A stretch of DNA of 64,000 nucleotides from Podarcis melisellensis (Eukaryota), in assembly GCA_964234715.1 (NCBI GenBank), contig OZ174283.1; one strand, written 5' to 3'. Positions 13,195-25,700 of this stretch are shown here, piece by piece (the first letter of the stretch is position 1; each line of letters starts with the position of its first letter). Under the pieces are notes generated by a model. It saw nothing but the letters and a program-made list of their open reading frames with translations. It searched no databases and had not been told where the DNA came from. Both the position numbers and the translations under genes were made by a program.

Positions 13195-15074
13195 GTAATT
13201 TTGACCAATAAATAAATAAACAAACACCAAGTTTTATAAGAGATGGATTTGTGTGGAAACTGTGGCTTGGAGCCTAAGACAAAAGAATGGAAGAAAGTTT
13301 GCAGAAAGAAAGTTTGCCTCCCCCCTCACACTGCATCCCATCACACATAGTTCAGGGGCAGGGGCTAAGACTCCAGAGAAGCTTCGGGGAGAACTGAAAA
13401 CTTTTCTTCTGTATATTTAATTCCATTAATGTATCAAGCCCCCCACCCTTTGATCCAGATTGTACTAAATTCAGGAACTAACACGTATGTGTGCACCATC
13501 AGCCTTAGAATGAACAAAATAGGTTGTATCACACGCTGAGGTTCCCCTACACTAGAGGTGCCACAACCACCATTTTGTCTGCCATGAGGCCAATGAGTAA
13601 GACCGATTAAGATATCGGCACACATATTTTTATAGGCATTATATCTTCCCTCTATCTCTTGGTTTATAGATATGCAAATTGTGGTTTGGGAGTTGGGATC
13701 TAATCCCACAAAGATCTGAGGCAGGCGCAGTTGCCACACATGTTCCTCTCTGTCCCTTAGGGAATCTGAGAGCTCACAACGTCACTAGATAATCTTTCGT
13801 CAACAAGAAGCTGAATTTCTGCGCTTGTTTATACCTTTTTTTTAAAAAAAAACCCACATTTTCAGACTTTTTAAAACCAGCAAAAAGCTGGTGAAATTCT
13901 TGTGAAAATAAAATCTAGGTACAGTATTGCATACAAAGAGCCGAGTGTGCTAACGGCAAGAGATAAACAGAAAAAGAAAATGTTTACGTTTCAAATGGTG
14001 TCCTTTGGCTTTTAGCAGAAGCTCTAGACATGTTGACATTGACTGGAAGTATTTTGGGAACATTTTGACAAAACATCCAGGCTGTGGCGCATGCTTATTC
14101 AAACTTGATACAGTAATTTCATTTATTGAAACAGTGCGTGTGGTGTGTGTGTGTTTTTCCCTTTAATGAATAGCTTGCATTTAATTCCAAGTGACTAACA
14201 CAGCACAAAAAATCCTTTCAGAAAGCCAAAAGGTAGCAGTCCATTGCTGCAGAAAACAGGAAGCAGGCACTGCATGCCTTTAGCAGCTGGTCAAGACTAG
14301 TATTTCCATTCTGCAGAATCAAAGGAAGCAAATGTCTCCAAGTAAGGAGTGAGGTGGCTGGCAACTGGAGCCCTACCACACTGTACCTGGCATAGCGATA
14401 GCCACAATCTGGTCCGCCATTATCAACAGGGAGCCTCTGATTCCTCCTGCAGCTGCCACCAACTTCTCTCATAGACTGCCAAGATCCACCCTCATTCAGA
14501 AGGCTATGCAGTGGGGGGGGGGACACATGGGCAGCGTAAAGTTGGGTAGCTGTTTCTTGCCACCTTGGAGCCACGCAGTAGGATGAGGAAGGGGGAGAGG
14601 AAGATCCCATATATGGCAAAACCTGGTACTGGTTGTTCTTCCCGAGGATATGGTCTCTTCATAAAATGATGCAACAGATGCTGATGGAAGTGATCTCATA
14701 ATTGCATAAGCTGTGAATCAAGACAAAGGCCCCATTCAGATGTAACAAAACGATACGGCTTGTTGTTGTTACAAGACCAGGCTGGGGGTGAACCTTGAGC
14801 TCACGTACCCCCCTCCCCCACACAAACAAAGAAGCGCAGTGGGGAGCAAGCAAGCCTGAGGCTTACCCTGACACACTCTCACAAGAACAAACAAGGGTTT
14901 GCTACAGCTGAGTGTCCTGTGACACTTAAAGGCGAAGGGTACAGTACAGCTAATGTTGAACATGCCCATCTATCTCCCATAGGGTCTAAGCTGGAGAGAA
15001 AAGTGTGTAACTGCGTTGTGCTGTAAGGCTGCGAACCTGACCACAGGTGGCCTCACTGAAGCCACTAAGATTTA

Positions 15075-15436
15075 CCGTATTGGCCTGAATGTAAGCCACA
15101 CTTTCCCCCCAAATTCCAACCGTGAAAAGTTAAAGTGCAGCTTATATTCATGACCTTACAGTATGCAGCCAGGAACGCGGGGCAAACAGTGACAGGAGCA
15201 CGGCAAAGTAGTGCCCACCCCACATGTAGTCCCCTGTCCTCTCCCCCAAGGCTGGGAAGGGAGAGCACGAGGAAGGGGAAAGGCCTCCAGCAACACAGCA
15301 TGGCTCCCCTCAGCCAGCATGCAGTTTGGAGCAGCAAGGAATGAAGCGGCTTATATTGCGGTCTTTTTTCTCCCCCCTCTCCAATTTTAAAGGTGCAGCT
15401 TATGTTCGGGTGCAGCTTATATTCGGGCTAATACGT
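15075..15436. mobile_element. Tc1/mariner-type MITE (CCGTATT... TIR)
   Basis: TA|CCGTATTGGCCTGAATGTAAGC ... GCTTATATTCGGGCTAATACG; repeated subterminal GCAGCTTATATTC motifs; right end decayed. Confidence 0.72.
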
Positions 15437-17178
15437 CAATAAGCCTAGTTGTTCTCAAGACCCCAACTCCTCTGATATTATTTTACTGATAACCTGAGTC
15501 TTTCTGTGCAACAGCCTACTTTGAAATCATGGAAATGGTGGGAGTAAAGAAGCCCAAAAAGACACTCAGAGCAAATTTGGGGCAGCGACGGGAACATACG
15601 AAGCATACAGTTAAGGCAACCCAGCTGAAATTGTGGGAAACTGAAAGCAATGATTGGGGCGGGGTGAGAACAGGGCAAGTATTTTAAACAAAAGCAAAAA
15701 CCCACAACTCGTCGCATATATTACTTTCTGTCGGATTTCTACTCGGCTGAATATAAGAGTCCAACAACCAAATGCCTATTTTTAGGCTCTGTACTCTCCA
15801 GTCATTATAAGTAATTAATCTGATTACTGTTTCGGGAAAAATGCAGAAAATGACATCACCTTCAAGAGACCCCAGTGATATAATAGTGACACCACTCTTT
15901 CAGTGAGTCAGGTCCTTCTGCTGGCATTGTGTCACTGCAGGAAGAAATATTTCCAGGAATTGTAATTCTGGGTTTTTCACATCAGACACAGACTCATTCC
16001 TGATCATCGAACTGTGAAGGCCAACTCCCACTTCTGAACCTGTTTAAAAAAAAAAAAAACCTTTACACCAGGAAAGCAATGTGTGTTTCTAATCAGCTGC
16101 TATTATTGACTTTAATAGAATGGGCTCAGATAAAAAGACTGAATTCAGCTGCAACATCCCCTCAGTTATCAGGCACTACCATATTGGTGTAGTGTTCACA
16201 TCCGGCTGTGACAATTCATAACAAACCTGGAATGGATTCAGAAGACAGCTAAAAGGATCCAAGAGACCTAGGAGGAAAATGTTATTTATTATTACTTCAT
16301 TTATTTATTTTTGAAAAAAAGTATGAGTCACAGTCTCTGCCACAATAGGACCCAAACCAATGCACAGCACCTCAAACAACAAAAGCCATAAAAGGCAGCA
16401 TAAAACACACTAAAACTAGAAAGCAGTCAAAACACACAAAGCAGTAGCTGAAATAAGGTCAAGATGATCTAAACCCGATAAGCAGCATCAGCAGAACAAA
16501 GTAAATAAACTATGTAATCCTAAATGTTTGTTTAGAAATGTCTTACTGAATTCAATGGGACTTCCACTTGGGTGGGTATAGGATTGCAGACCAAGCAACT
16601 CAAAGGCCTGGAAACAACTTACAAAACAAAACAAACAAAACAAAACAAGAAGTGAGAAGATTATTCACTTGGAAGCAAAAAGAAATAAAAATTCAAGTGG
16701 ATATTTGTGGGACAAGTGTTCCAGCATATGGACACTGAATTTAACCCATCCTCTCTGAGAAACAAGATGTTACATTAATGATGAGAATACAATTAGTACA
16801 CACCTTTGTTACATCAGCAGTAATTTTGGCAGAGCTTGATCACCTCAGAACTGTGTGGAATGTGGCTGGCAAGTTCAACGCTCTCTGTGCTATGATTCTG
16901 ACAAAAGTTACTTTTCTGATATTTGTATGTCAAGGGAAACCCCCACTGGTGCCAGTGGGAGCTTCCCTTGAAATCCAAACAGCAGCATCAGAGACAAGAT
17001 GTTGAGACTGCGGCAGGAAAAGATAAGGGTTAAACTCTTCATCCCCATGGACTGAAGGCTGCCCACCTGTCTCCACTGCTGCTATTTACATAATAACAAA
17101 AATACTTGTTAATGACATTCACACAATTAATAGATGCCTAGTTTGGCCCAGACAGAGGGAACAGGCATCATGTTGACC

Positions 17179-17208
17179 ATTATTATTATTTATTATTATT
17201 ATTATTAT

Positions 17209-17244
<36 letters not shown>
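17179..17244. repeat. Compound microsatellite (ATT)n(ACT)n
   Basis: Directly visible. Confidence 0.95.
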
Positions 17245-17860
17245 CCTGCCTTTTCCCTAATAGGAAACCTGTGTTATCCTTGACGTAAGGCACCTCAAAA
17301 CTCTCTTGACTCATTGTTTTTAATTATGCAATGAATTGGGGAGGAAATTTCCTCCACCTTTATTATCATTTTTCCCAAGAAGGAAAACTATCCAAAAGAA
17401 GAACCCTTGGTGAGAAGTGAGGCACCACAGAAAGCCTGGATGTAACAAGAAGCAGGCTTGACCGGTTATGCCTCCCTCCCTTGTCAGTGAAGCAAAGTTC
17501 CCCTCCTGAAATGGATTGTTTTCAAAGCACTAGAAGGAATCCAGTCCATCTGGAACTTGTTCTGTGTTACTGCACTGAACGCAGCAGCCCAACTCCTCAA
17601 GCTACAAAACCATCTCCTACAGGTTGCCATGTACTACATATGCGCCACAAGCTTTTAAGCCACTGATTCCACAACAGTAATTCATCCAAATCTGCATCCT
17701 TTTCTTCTATTGCAATGTAAGGTTGCTTTCCCCACACTGATTGCTTAGTAGCTATTGCTTTTTGCAAGAACCGCTAGACACTGTTGTTGACCATACCAAG
17801 AACGGGGGAAATGATTGGGGGGGCAGAAATAAGGTACAATAAATATAGTGGTGTTGAGGA

Positions 17861-18273
17861 AGGGCTGTAGCTCAGTGGTAGGGCATGTGCTTTGCATGTG
17901 AAAGGTTCCATGTTCAATCTCTAGCAAGGCTGGGAGAGATCCCTGTCTGAAATCTTGGAGACCCACTGTCAGTCATTGTTGACATTGCTGAGCTAAATGG
18001 ATCCATGATCTAATCCAGTATAGTGGTACCCCGGGTTACATACGCTTCAGGTTACATATGCTTCAGGTTACAGACTCTGTTAGCCCAGAAATAGTGCTTC
18101 AGGTTAAGAACTTTGCTTCAGGATGAGAACAGAAATCGTGCTGTGGCAGCACAGCAGCAGCAGGAGGCCCCATTGGTGCTTCAGGTTAAGAACAGTTTCA
18201 GGTTAAGTACGGACCTCCGGAACGAATTAAGTACTTAACCTGAGGTACCACTGTATCAGCCAGCTTCCCATGT
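17861..18273 (+). mobile_element. tRNA(Ala-like)-derived SINE interrupted by a MITE
   Basis: GGGCTGTAGCTCAGTGGTAG (A box) ... TTTGCATG ... GTTCAATC (B box). The tail CAGCTTCCCATGTT resumes after the MITE. Similar copies at 56066-56253 (-) and 63495-63620 (+). Confidence 0.75.
18021..18253. mobile_element. Tigger/pogo-like MITE, copy 1
   Basis: TA|(T)AGTGGTACC ... GGTACCACTG|TA; repeated GCTTCAGGTTA units; highly similar to 19057-19298. Confidence 0.9.
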
Positions 18274-19056
18274 TTATATTAGAAGAAAAAAGTTAAAACT
18301 GGATACCACCTCCTTCAAATGTTTTATCAGTTCACAAAGACCAACACTGGGGCTCTCTGGGCTAGATTTGAAACATAGGAACTGAACTGCATTTCACGAA
18401 ACGCACAGCAATGGTTGTGTTCTAACCTACAATTATATGTGATTAATCATTCCTAGTTGTTGTGTAACTGCATTGCATATGTATGGTCACCTGCTTTCGC
18501 AAGTCACAAAACTGGGAAATGAACCTAAGCTCAGGCTAATTTTTTTTCCTGTGTAAAAGACCTGCACTTCTCTATTACAATCAACAAGCTTTATTATGCT
18601 GGGTTTTGATTGTATACAATGAGTCAGATTCAAATTACATGTTTTGCTTTCATAAAATGTAGGGCATTACAACTCCTTGACATCATCCAAATGATTGCTT
18701 CAGAAGATTTACTCTTGAACTTGAACTAATTAATTACTCTGCTCTTCTTTATGTTGACCCCTATCCAGAAAACATGTATTCTGAACATTTGATCTAGTTG
18801 TAACACATTTTGTTTTTAAGAAGGTACTTCTTTTAAAATATTAGAAAGCTATTTCCTGACCTTTCAGAAATCTGCCTGTAATATCCAAGACTGAAGGTTA
18901 CGAGGAACCAGACAGCTCATGTGGATATTTTTGGCAATGTCATTAGGAAACAATGACAATATGTTATGAAATAGAATTACATATGAAGCTGTCTTAGAAT
19001 TAGTCAAAGCATCTAGACTAGGACTGTCGTTTCTGACCATTTCTAGAAAGAGATTA

Positions 19057-19298
19057 CAGTGGTACCTTGGGTTACATACGCTTCAGGTTACAGATGCTTC
19101 AGGTTACAGACTCCACTAACCCAGAAATAGTACCTCAGGTTAAGAACTTTGTTTCAGGATGAGAACAGAAATCGTGCTCTGGCAGCATGGCGGCAGTGGG
19201 AGGCCCCATTAGCTAAAGTGGTGCTTCAGGTTAAGAACAGTTTCAGGTTAAGAACGGACCTCCAGAACGAATTAAGTACTTAACCCAAGGTACCACTG
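19057..19298. mobile_element. Tigger/pogo-like MITE, copy 2
   Basis: 18-bp perfect TIRs CAGTGGTACCTTGGGTTA / TAACCCAAGGTACCACTG with TA on both sides. Confidence 0.92.
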
Positions 19299-19834
19299 TA
19301 GTTACACACATTTGCAGCAACGAGTTTCAACTACAGTATTAACTTCTCTAAAGCAATTCAGCTGAATTTTTCAAGGTTTTTCTGTAAGGCAGCATGCTTA
19401 TTTCCATTCAAATCATCATTATTAGAGAGAACGGAATAGTAAATCCCTTACAGTTACAGTTCTTGCAGTGGTTTATTGTCCGATACACACTGAACTCTTG
19501 CTGCCTTCTCTCAATGAAGTGGTTTGTTCCAGTGTTGCTAGACCTGATGAGAGATCTGCATCACCTTGGTCAGCTCACTCCTTCTACCACAGTTCCACCC
19601 CAGCTGTAAAATGGGGATGCTAGTGCCCTACTTCAAAAGGTTGCCATGAGGATTAGTGAGATAACGCCTACCTACCTACTAAAAAGTACTACAGAGGAAA
19701 CCAATAACAAGTGCTTCAAAAGAAAAGCCATATGAATGTTCTGAAATACCCCTTTTAATTGTAGGTTCAAAGCAGAGTGAGTACCGGTATATGTTTTGAT
19801 TCACCTTTCCTTTACTCTTGTCCCCGTCGTCCAG

Positions 19835-20069
19835 AGTTGCCACTCCTTTTGGTGGTTTTGAGAGAGCATCGAAACTGGTTAAGTTCAAGGTACCAGATTT
19901 CAACTTCCTCCTGCTAAATGATCCACGATTTATGGTCCTTGCCAATCCACTTTCTACCAGGCGGTCTTTCAACAGGACTCCTAAAGGATGGACCTCTGAG
20001 AATATTCCCATAATGATAACTATACACCCTACAGAGGTAAATGGCGTTCCAGAAACGGATGATCTGTGA
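19835..20069 (+). CDS. MYOZ2: Myozenin-2 terminal coding exon, 235 nt including TGA
   Basis: (R)[22 protein letters not shown]...[21 protein letters not shown]...PETDDL*. Pyrimidine-rich acceptor ending ccag|. Confidence 0.97.
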
Positions 20070-20220
20070 AGAGAGAGTGGAGCACTCCACACACATCAGA
20101 ATCAGTCTGGTGATACTCTGATCTTTCAACATGTGCTACATCATTTTCTTATGCAGCTAAAATGTAATACCATCTGATGCTGTTAACAGTTTCTGAAGTT
20201 AAGTTTGTTCTACTAACACA

Positions 20221-20226
20221 AATAAA
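20221..20226 (+). terminator. Candidate MYOZ2 polyadenylation signal (further AATAAA at 20569 and 20588)
   Basis: AATAAA about 150 nt after the stop, followed by U/C-rich sequence. The sequence alone cannot show which signal is used. Confidence 0.5.
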
Positions 20227-20842
20227 ATAACTTGCCCATTACCTTTGAAAAACTAGTTTTGCCTCTCTCTCTTTTATTTCTCTAGCTCCTCTTTGCTCTT
20301 TCTGTTTATTAAAATAACATCTGGCTTGATTTTACATTGTTGCATTTTCCTATTAAAAGGGGAAGTGATAAAAATTATACTTTCATGTTACTAGTTTATT
20401 TGTCAATTCTGTTTTGGGCAGACTTGCTTACAGAGATACTGGCAGAACTGTGAAAGAAAAATATTTGGCTATTGATTCTATGAAGGAAATGTGGTCTTCT
20501 GCCATCCTCTGTGAAAATCAATTTATTACTGAGTGTTATTCTGAACAAGGTGTGTCTATATAAACAGGAATAAAAACAATATGTGTAAATAAAACAAAAT
20601 AGAAGATTAAATGCTTGAGAAACTCTCCCAGTGTAAACACATATGTTTGTTTGACCGATACATACAGCAGTTTAACAGCATAGGATTAGCATAAAATGTT
20701 GCTGTGAATGATACAAGAATGGACTGAAATTTTACCAAAAAAGCACTAGATCATGTTTAAAGTAAAATAAGGGAATATATATCAAAGAACAATGCTAATT
20801 CCTTATTCAGAAAGTAACATATTTTGCATGAAGGAATAGTTA

Positions 20843-21083
20843 CAGTATTTTTCGCTCTATAAGATGCACCAGACCACAAGATGCACCTAGTTTTTGGAGA
20901 AGGAAAACAAGAAAAAAAATATTATGAATCTCAGAAGCCAGAACAGCAAGAGGGATCGCTGCGCAGTGAAAGCAGCAATCCCTCTTGCTGTTCTGGCTTC
21001 TGTGATAGCTGCGCAGCCTGCATTCGCTCCATAAGACGCCCCTTAGGAGGGAAAAAGTGAGTCTTATAGAGCAAAAAATACGG
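20843..21083. mobile_element. Tc1/mariner-type MITE with internal hairpin
   Basis: TA|CAGTATTTTTCGCTCTATAAGA ... TCTTATAGAGCAAAAAATACGG|TA; ends resemble the 3167-3335 element. Confidence 0.88.
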
Positions 21084-22696
21084 TAATTGAATCTTTTAAA
21101 AATGTATATTAGAGACAATAAAACCTTTGCATGTTGTTTCCAAAACAGTGTAAAGTTGCATTTTAATATAAGTTTAATTTGATTAAGCCAATTGTGAATG
21201 TTTGCAGCTTTAATAACTTTTTGTGTACGTAAGATCAATTTTGAAAGTGCACTTTAAAACAAAATTTGCCATCAGCCTTCAGGTTGATGCTCACATTATA
21301 CCCTTGCAGATGCTTGCAGACGCTTAGGTCCCATGTGTCAGGAAAGACGTCGTTTGCATCATAGCATCATGCAGATTCTATTTGTGTATGGATCTGCACA
21401 TGGCTGGGATCCCCAGCGGTTGGCAGAGTTATGCAGTTGCACAAGTAATATCTACATGTGACAGGCCTTATAAAAATGACATCATCTGTAAGTTAAGCAT
21501 TGATTAAGTAAATGAAATGCTTTAGTAGACTTGTGTTTTCAAAGCCAGTTTTGCTGTGATAGTGATGCATGCTGCTGCGTCAATAGTGAAATAAGGACCA
21601 GGTGCAATAGAGATGACATAATAAGAGTAACAACAAAGTCTTGCGGCACCTGAAAGGCGAGCAACTTTACTGTGATGTAAGCTTGCTCATGGTCAGGAGC
21701 CCACTTCATCAGGTGAATGACGTGGTCACCTACGTGATACGTGTGAAAAAGAGAATGTGAAACTTGTGAAGGAGGAAGAATGTTGAATCAATGGATAACA
21801 AATGAGAATACACCATAAAAGTTATGAATGGGACGTGCCTTTTCCCCTGCTTTTACGGAGGATGCACGCACAGGTCACATTTGAACCTCTGCGCTACAAA
21901 ATATGGTCTGTAAATTCAACTTCTAATTTTATTGTGAAGGAGCACCAGGAACCAACACTGCTCTGGAGAATAAAGCAGGCACCAATTTGTAAGAGCTCTT
22001 AAGCCACTGGGGAATGAAAACATGTCCACAGATGGGAGGAGAGTCCCAGCACTATTAGCTCATAACAACTCCTGATTGCAAAGGGAGGAGCAGAGCCTCT
22101 CTCTTGGTTCCCAGCTCATCCTTTGATCCCTTCTCTAGGCAACAAGCCACCAGCTCCTACTTGCTGCTCAGGCCTCCTACATTTCCTCTAGCCTTGATTT
22201 GTTCCTTGCTTCTGCTTCTCTGGACCAAGACGCCTCCAACTGTACTCCAGCCTGGTTCCCGATTTGCTTTTTGCTCCAGTTGCATGCAAACGACTCATTT
22301 CCTTCTAGCATTCACCATGATTGGGTCCCCTCCCAGTCTTTTGTCCAAACCACAATCATCGCAAACCATTCTAGATTGTTCAGAGTGGCTGGGCCAACCC
22401 AGTCAGATGGGCGGCTAATAATAATAATAGTAAAAAAGCAGTGCCTAGATAATGCTTCGGGTGGCCAGTTATTTTTCGCCAAAAAAGAGAAAATGCATCA
22501 CCAACAAAAAAGAGACTCAAGGATGGCACCAATTTGTAGGTAATTTGCATGAGTTAATGTATATGCATAGATACAAAATAATTGCTATAACTTTAAAAAA
22601 AATGCATCTCACCATAGAGGTGAACAAGACTGTGGCCAGGTGAGCTGTTTGTGTGTCCAGTCTGTTCCCCAGGAAACCCAGCCAGGGTATAAATAA

Positions 22697-22697
<1 letters not shown>

Positions 22698-22727
<30 letters not shown>

Positions 22728-22758
22728 CTTCTTCTTCTTCTTCTTCTTCTTCTTCTTC
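22698..22758. repeat. (CTT)n microsatellite, about 20 units
   Basis: Directly visible; explains the poly-Glu in ORF 22609-22812. Confidence 0.97.
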
Positions 22759-25700
22759 GTTGATGGGCAACTTCCAGGCTTCCCTAGTCTCCCTTCTTAG
22801 GATTATTTTCAAATCACATTTGGGACCAGACCGTCTTCCTCATATAGGTCACCTTCACTGCCCTCTTTAATGCAGGACTATGACCATCCTAATCCTGCTC
22901 TCGCACTGAGTTTCTCATGTCTTTGATATTGTACACATGCTATCTGTGATGCAGCTGCATGCTGGCAAACAAGCTCGTTTGTGGAGTTTTCAAGAGTGAA
23001 CTGAATTGACTATGGAATTCAATCCTGTGCCTGTTTACCCAGAAGTAAGACTCAGAGATTCCATGGGCCTATTTATTTACTTAGAAAGTTTTTCTCTACT
23101 TAATATAATCATCATCATCATCATTGCATTGTTTCAACTTTCTGATGTTTGCCCCCTGCCCCCCAGCTCCTTTGGGAGGAAGGGTGGGATAGAAATGTAA
23201 GAAATATATAAATAAAGAGCAATATTTGATAACATTTCATTAAAGCAGATAAAGACAAAATGCAACTGAACATCACAAATAGCACAGGGTACAAAATAAA
23301 ACAAAAATCAAGCGTCCAGAAAGCCATATAGAGAGAGGGGTCATTACTGCCTCCGCTTCACAAATTACTCATGGGAGGGCATTTAAATAGATGGGTGCTG
23401 TTCACCAAGAAGGCTTGCTTCAGTGTTGTCACCTGTGACAATCTGCTGGTGGATCTCCTTGGAAGAGCTTAATGATTAGATTGCTCTCTAGCAGGGGATA
23501 TGGTTTACTAGGTCTCCTGATCCCAAGTTGTTTAGGGGTTTTAAATGTCAACAACAAAACTTTGAACTTGAATCAACAGGGAATAGGCAGCCATTGTATT
23601 AGCAAGCCCTCCGAAAGTCACTCATGCCATACACTTTAAGCACATTTAAAGCCCATGGCTTTCCTGAAGGAATCCTGGGAACTAGAGTTTACTTCTCATA
23701 GAGTTACATTTCACAGCACGCTTAACCAATTACAGTTCCCAGGATTCTCTGGGGAAAGCCACATGCTTTAAATACTGTATATGATGTGGATGTTACCCAA
23801 TGCAAAGGGACCTTAATTTAATGGGAACTGGATCCTCTTACCCTCCAAGCAAAAGAAGCAAAATATTACCTGGATAATTGCACAAAAAGGTGGCTATCAA
23901 TACCATTCCTAATCTATGGTAATGCAGTTTCCCACAGGTGGGTGAAAAGGCAGGACTGATACTATGTAATCCTTGCATAATGTGTTATTCGCTGGAGTTT
24001 TCCATATTAAACATGTAAGCCAGTGTAATCCTAATTATGGGTGCACTTTTCTCATGTCCCAATTATTTACAATCTATGATTTGTGGTTATGAAAATAAAC
24101 AAAAATTGCTTTCCATACAATGTGTGCTTTATGTCATTCAAATATGCCTTAATAAGACATAGTCCGAATAGGGGATTAACAAAAGCAGAGAGACATTGGC
24201 ACTTCCTCCTCTAAAAGGGAGAAGTTGCGTCAATGAGATATTTGGGATTGTCCACTCCTTAATGGGCTACTTCCTAAATCTGTCCCATTCAGAAACTCAG
24301 GTTTTGCCCCCAGAGAAAGCCCAGCTGCTTGCTCTACCACAGACAAATAATCATTCACAACACAGGAGAGTTATTTATTTATGGCCTTTATATACCGTAC
24401 TGGCCTTTAGTTAAAAAATATCTGAGTGGCTCACAAAAATCAGTCATCATTTAGGGTTGAGGCCTGAGGAAGCAATAATTGAGGGAGCTTTCTACATGAC
24501 TTATAAAGCCTTACCTGCAAGTAAGCTCCCCTGAAGAAAGAGGGACTTTATTTCTGGGTACGCATGTCTAGGATTCTATTTTTAGCTGCAGATGAATCAG
24601 ATTAATGCCCATGAGTTAGATTTTATTTATTTAACAAAATTTATGTACTGCTTGATTGTAAATAACCTATAAGCAGTTCACAAGAAAAGCAGTTTATAGG
24701 CATTTTACCCTAGTTACATCAAATTTCTACAGGCTACCTGAAGTGTTGGTGCTGAGACGGTGGCTTGTTTTAACCATGGTTGGCCTTTAAATCTAAACTG
24801 GGAAACTGTGGCTTACGGTAATCCCTTTAGCAATCAGGATATGAAACAAAGATCAGATCCTGGATTCATATCCTGGTTAGTAAGCTGGGACTCAAGAAGT
24901 TTCCTGGTTTGGATGTAATAGAAAAATGTGATTTAAACAAGTCATCGTCTCAGATTTCACCTCCTCAGGGGGAGGGGGTCAGGGGGAGGAAAGAATACCC
25001 AGGGGTACTATATATAGCTTGTTCTTGGGTTGATCAGCCATGGTTTATAAGACCAAGGTTATTATGCCTGAATCAGTCTTCTGAACTGATTTTCTCCTCT
25101 AACTTGGAACTTTCCTCAGGCTGGAAGATGCTGAGTTTCCTATCCATTTAATAAATTCCACGCTGTATTGTGCCTATTATTGATTTTATTCTTTTCCTAT
25201 CTTTTCTGACTGGGTGCCATCATCTTGCTGTATGACCCATCATGACAGAGCCCGAAATTTTGCCTCCCAGCTCACTTTGTACATTTCTTTAGAACACCCC
25301 CCCCCCCGTTTGTATCCTCCAGTTCTTACAAGCTTAGCTTCAGGCACACTTGTAAATACTTTAAACAGTCGCTCTTGGGTTTTTTCCTTCCTGTGCATTT
25401 CCCAGTAGCCAGAGAAGTCACGTAATAAACCTTGCTGCGGCTGCTTTGTTTATTTCAACCACATTGCCTTCACCCTTAACTTGCCTCAAGCAAATTTGTT
25501 CTCTTTTGTAAGTTCTATGAAAATCCCTAGCACTTACCTGCCAGAGCAAAAAAAAAAATCTATTCGCTATCCAATGAAACAGGGTGCCTTTCTTTTATTT
25601 ATCATGACTAATGTTAATACTGGGCTTGGAGCAACAGAGGGGAAGGCAGACACGAATTAATACAAACAAGAACAAAGGTGGGAATAGAGCTGTATGTGCC

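Noticed and set aside
18040-19260. Regularly recurring GCTTCAGGTTA repeats resembling a CRISPR-like array
   Set aside because: Short subterminal repeats inside TIR-bounded MITEs in a vertebrate intron; no constant repeat-spacer period and no cas genes.
19679-20132. Antisense ORFs overlapping the last MYOZ2 exon (also 49907-50110 and 54509-54727 in USP53)
   Set aside because: Shadows of real coding exons with no independent support.
22609-22812. Poly-Glu ORF
   Set aside because: Translation of the (CTT)n microsatellite.
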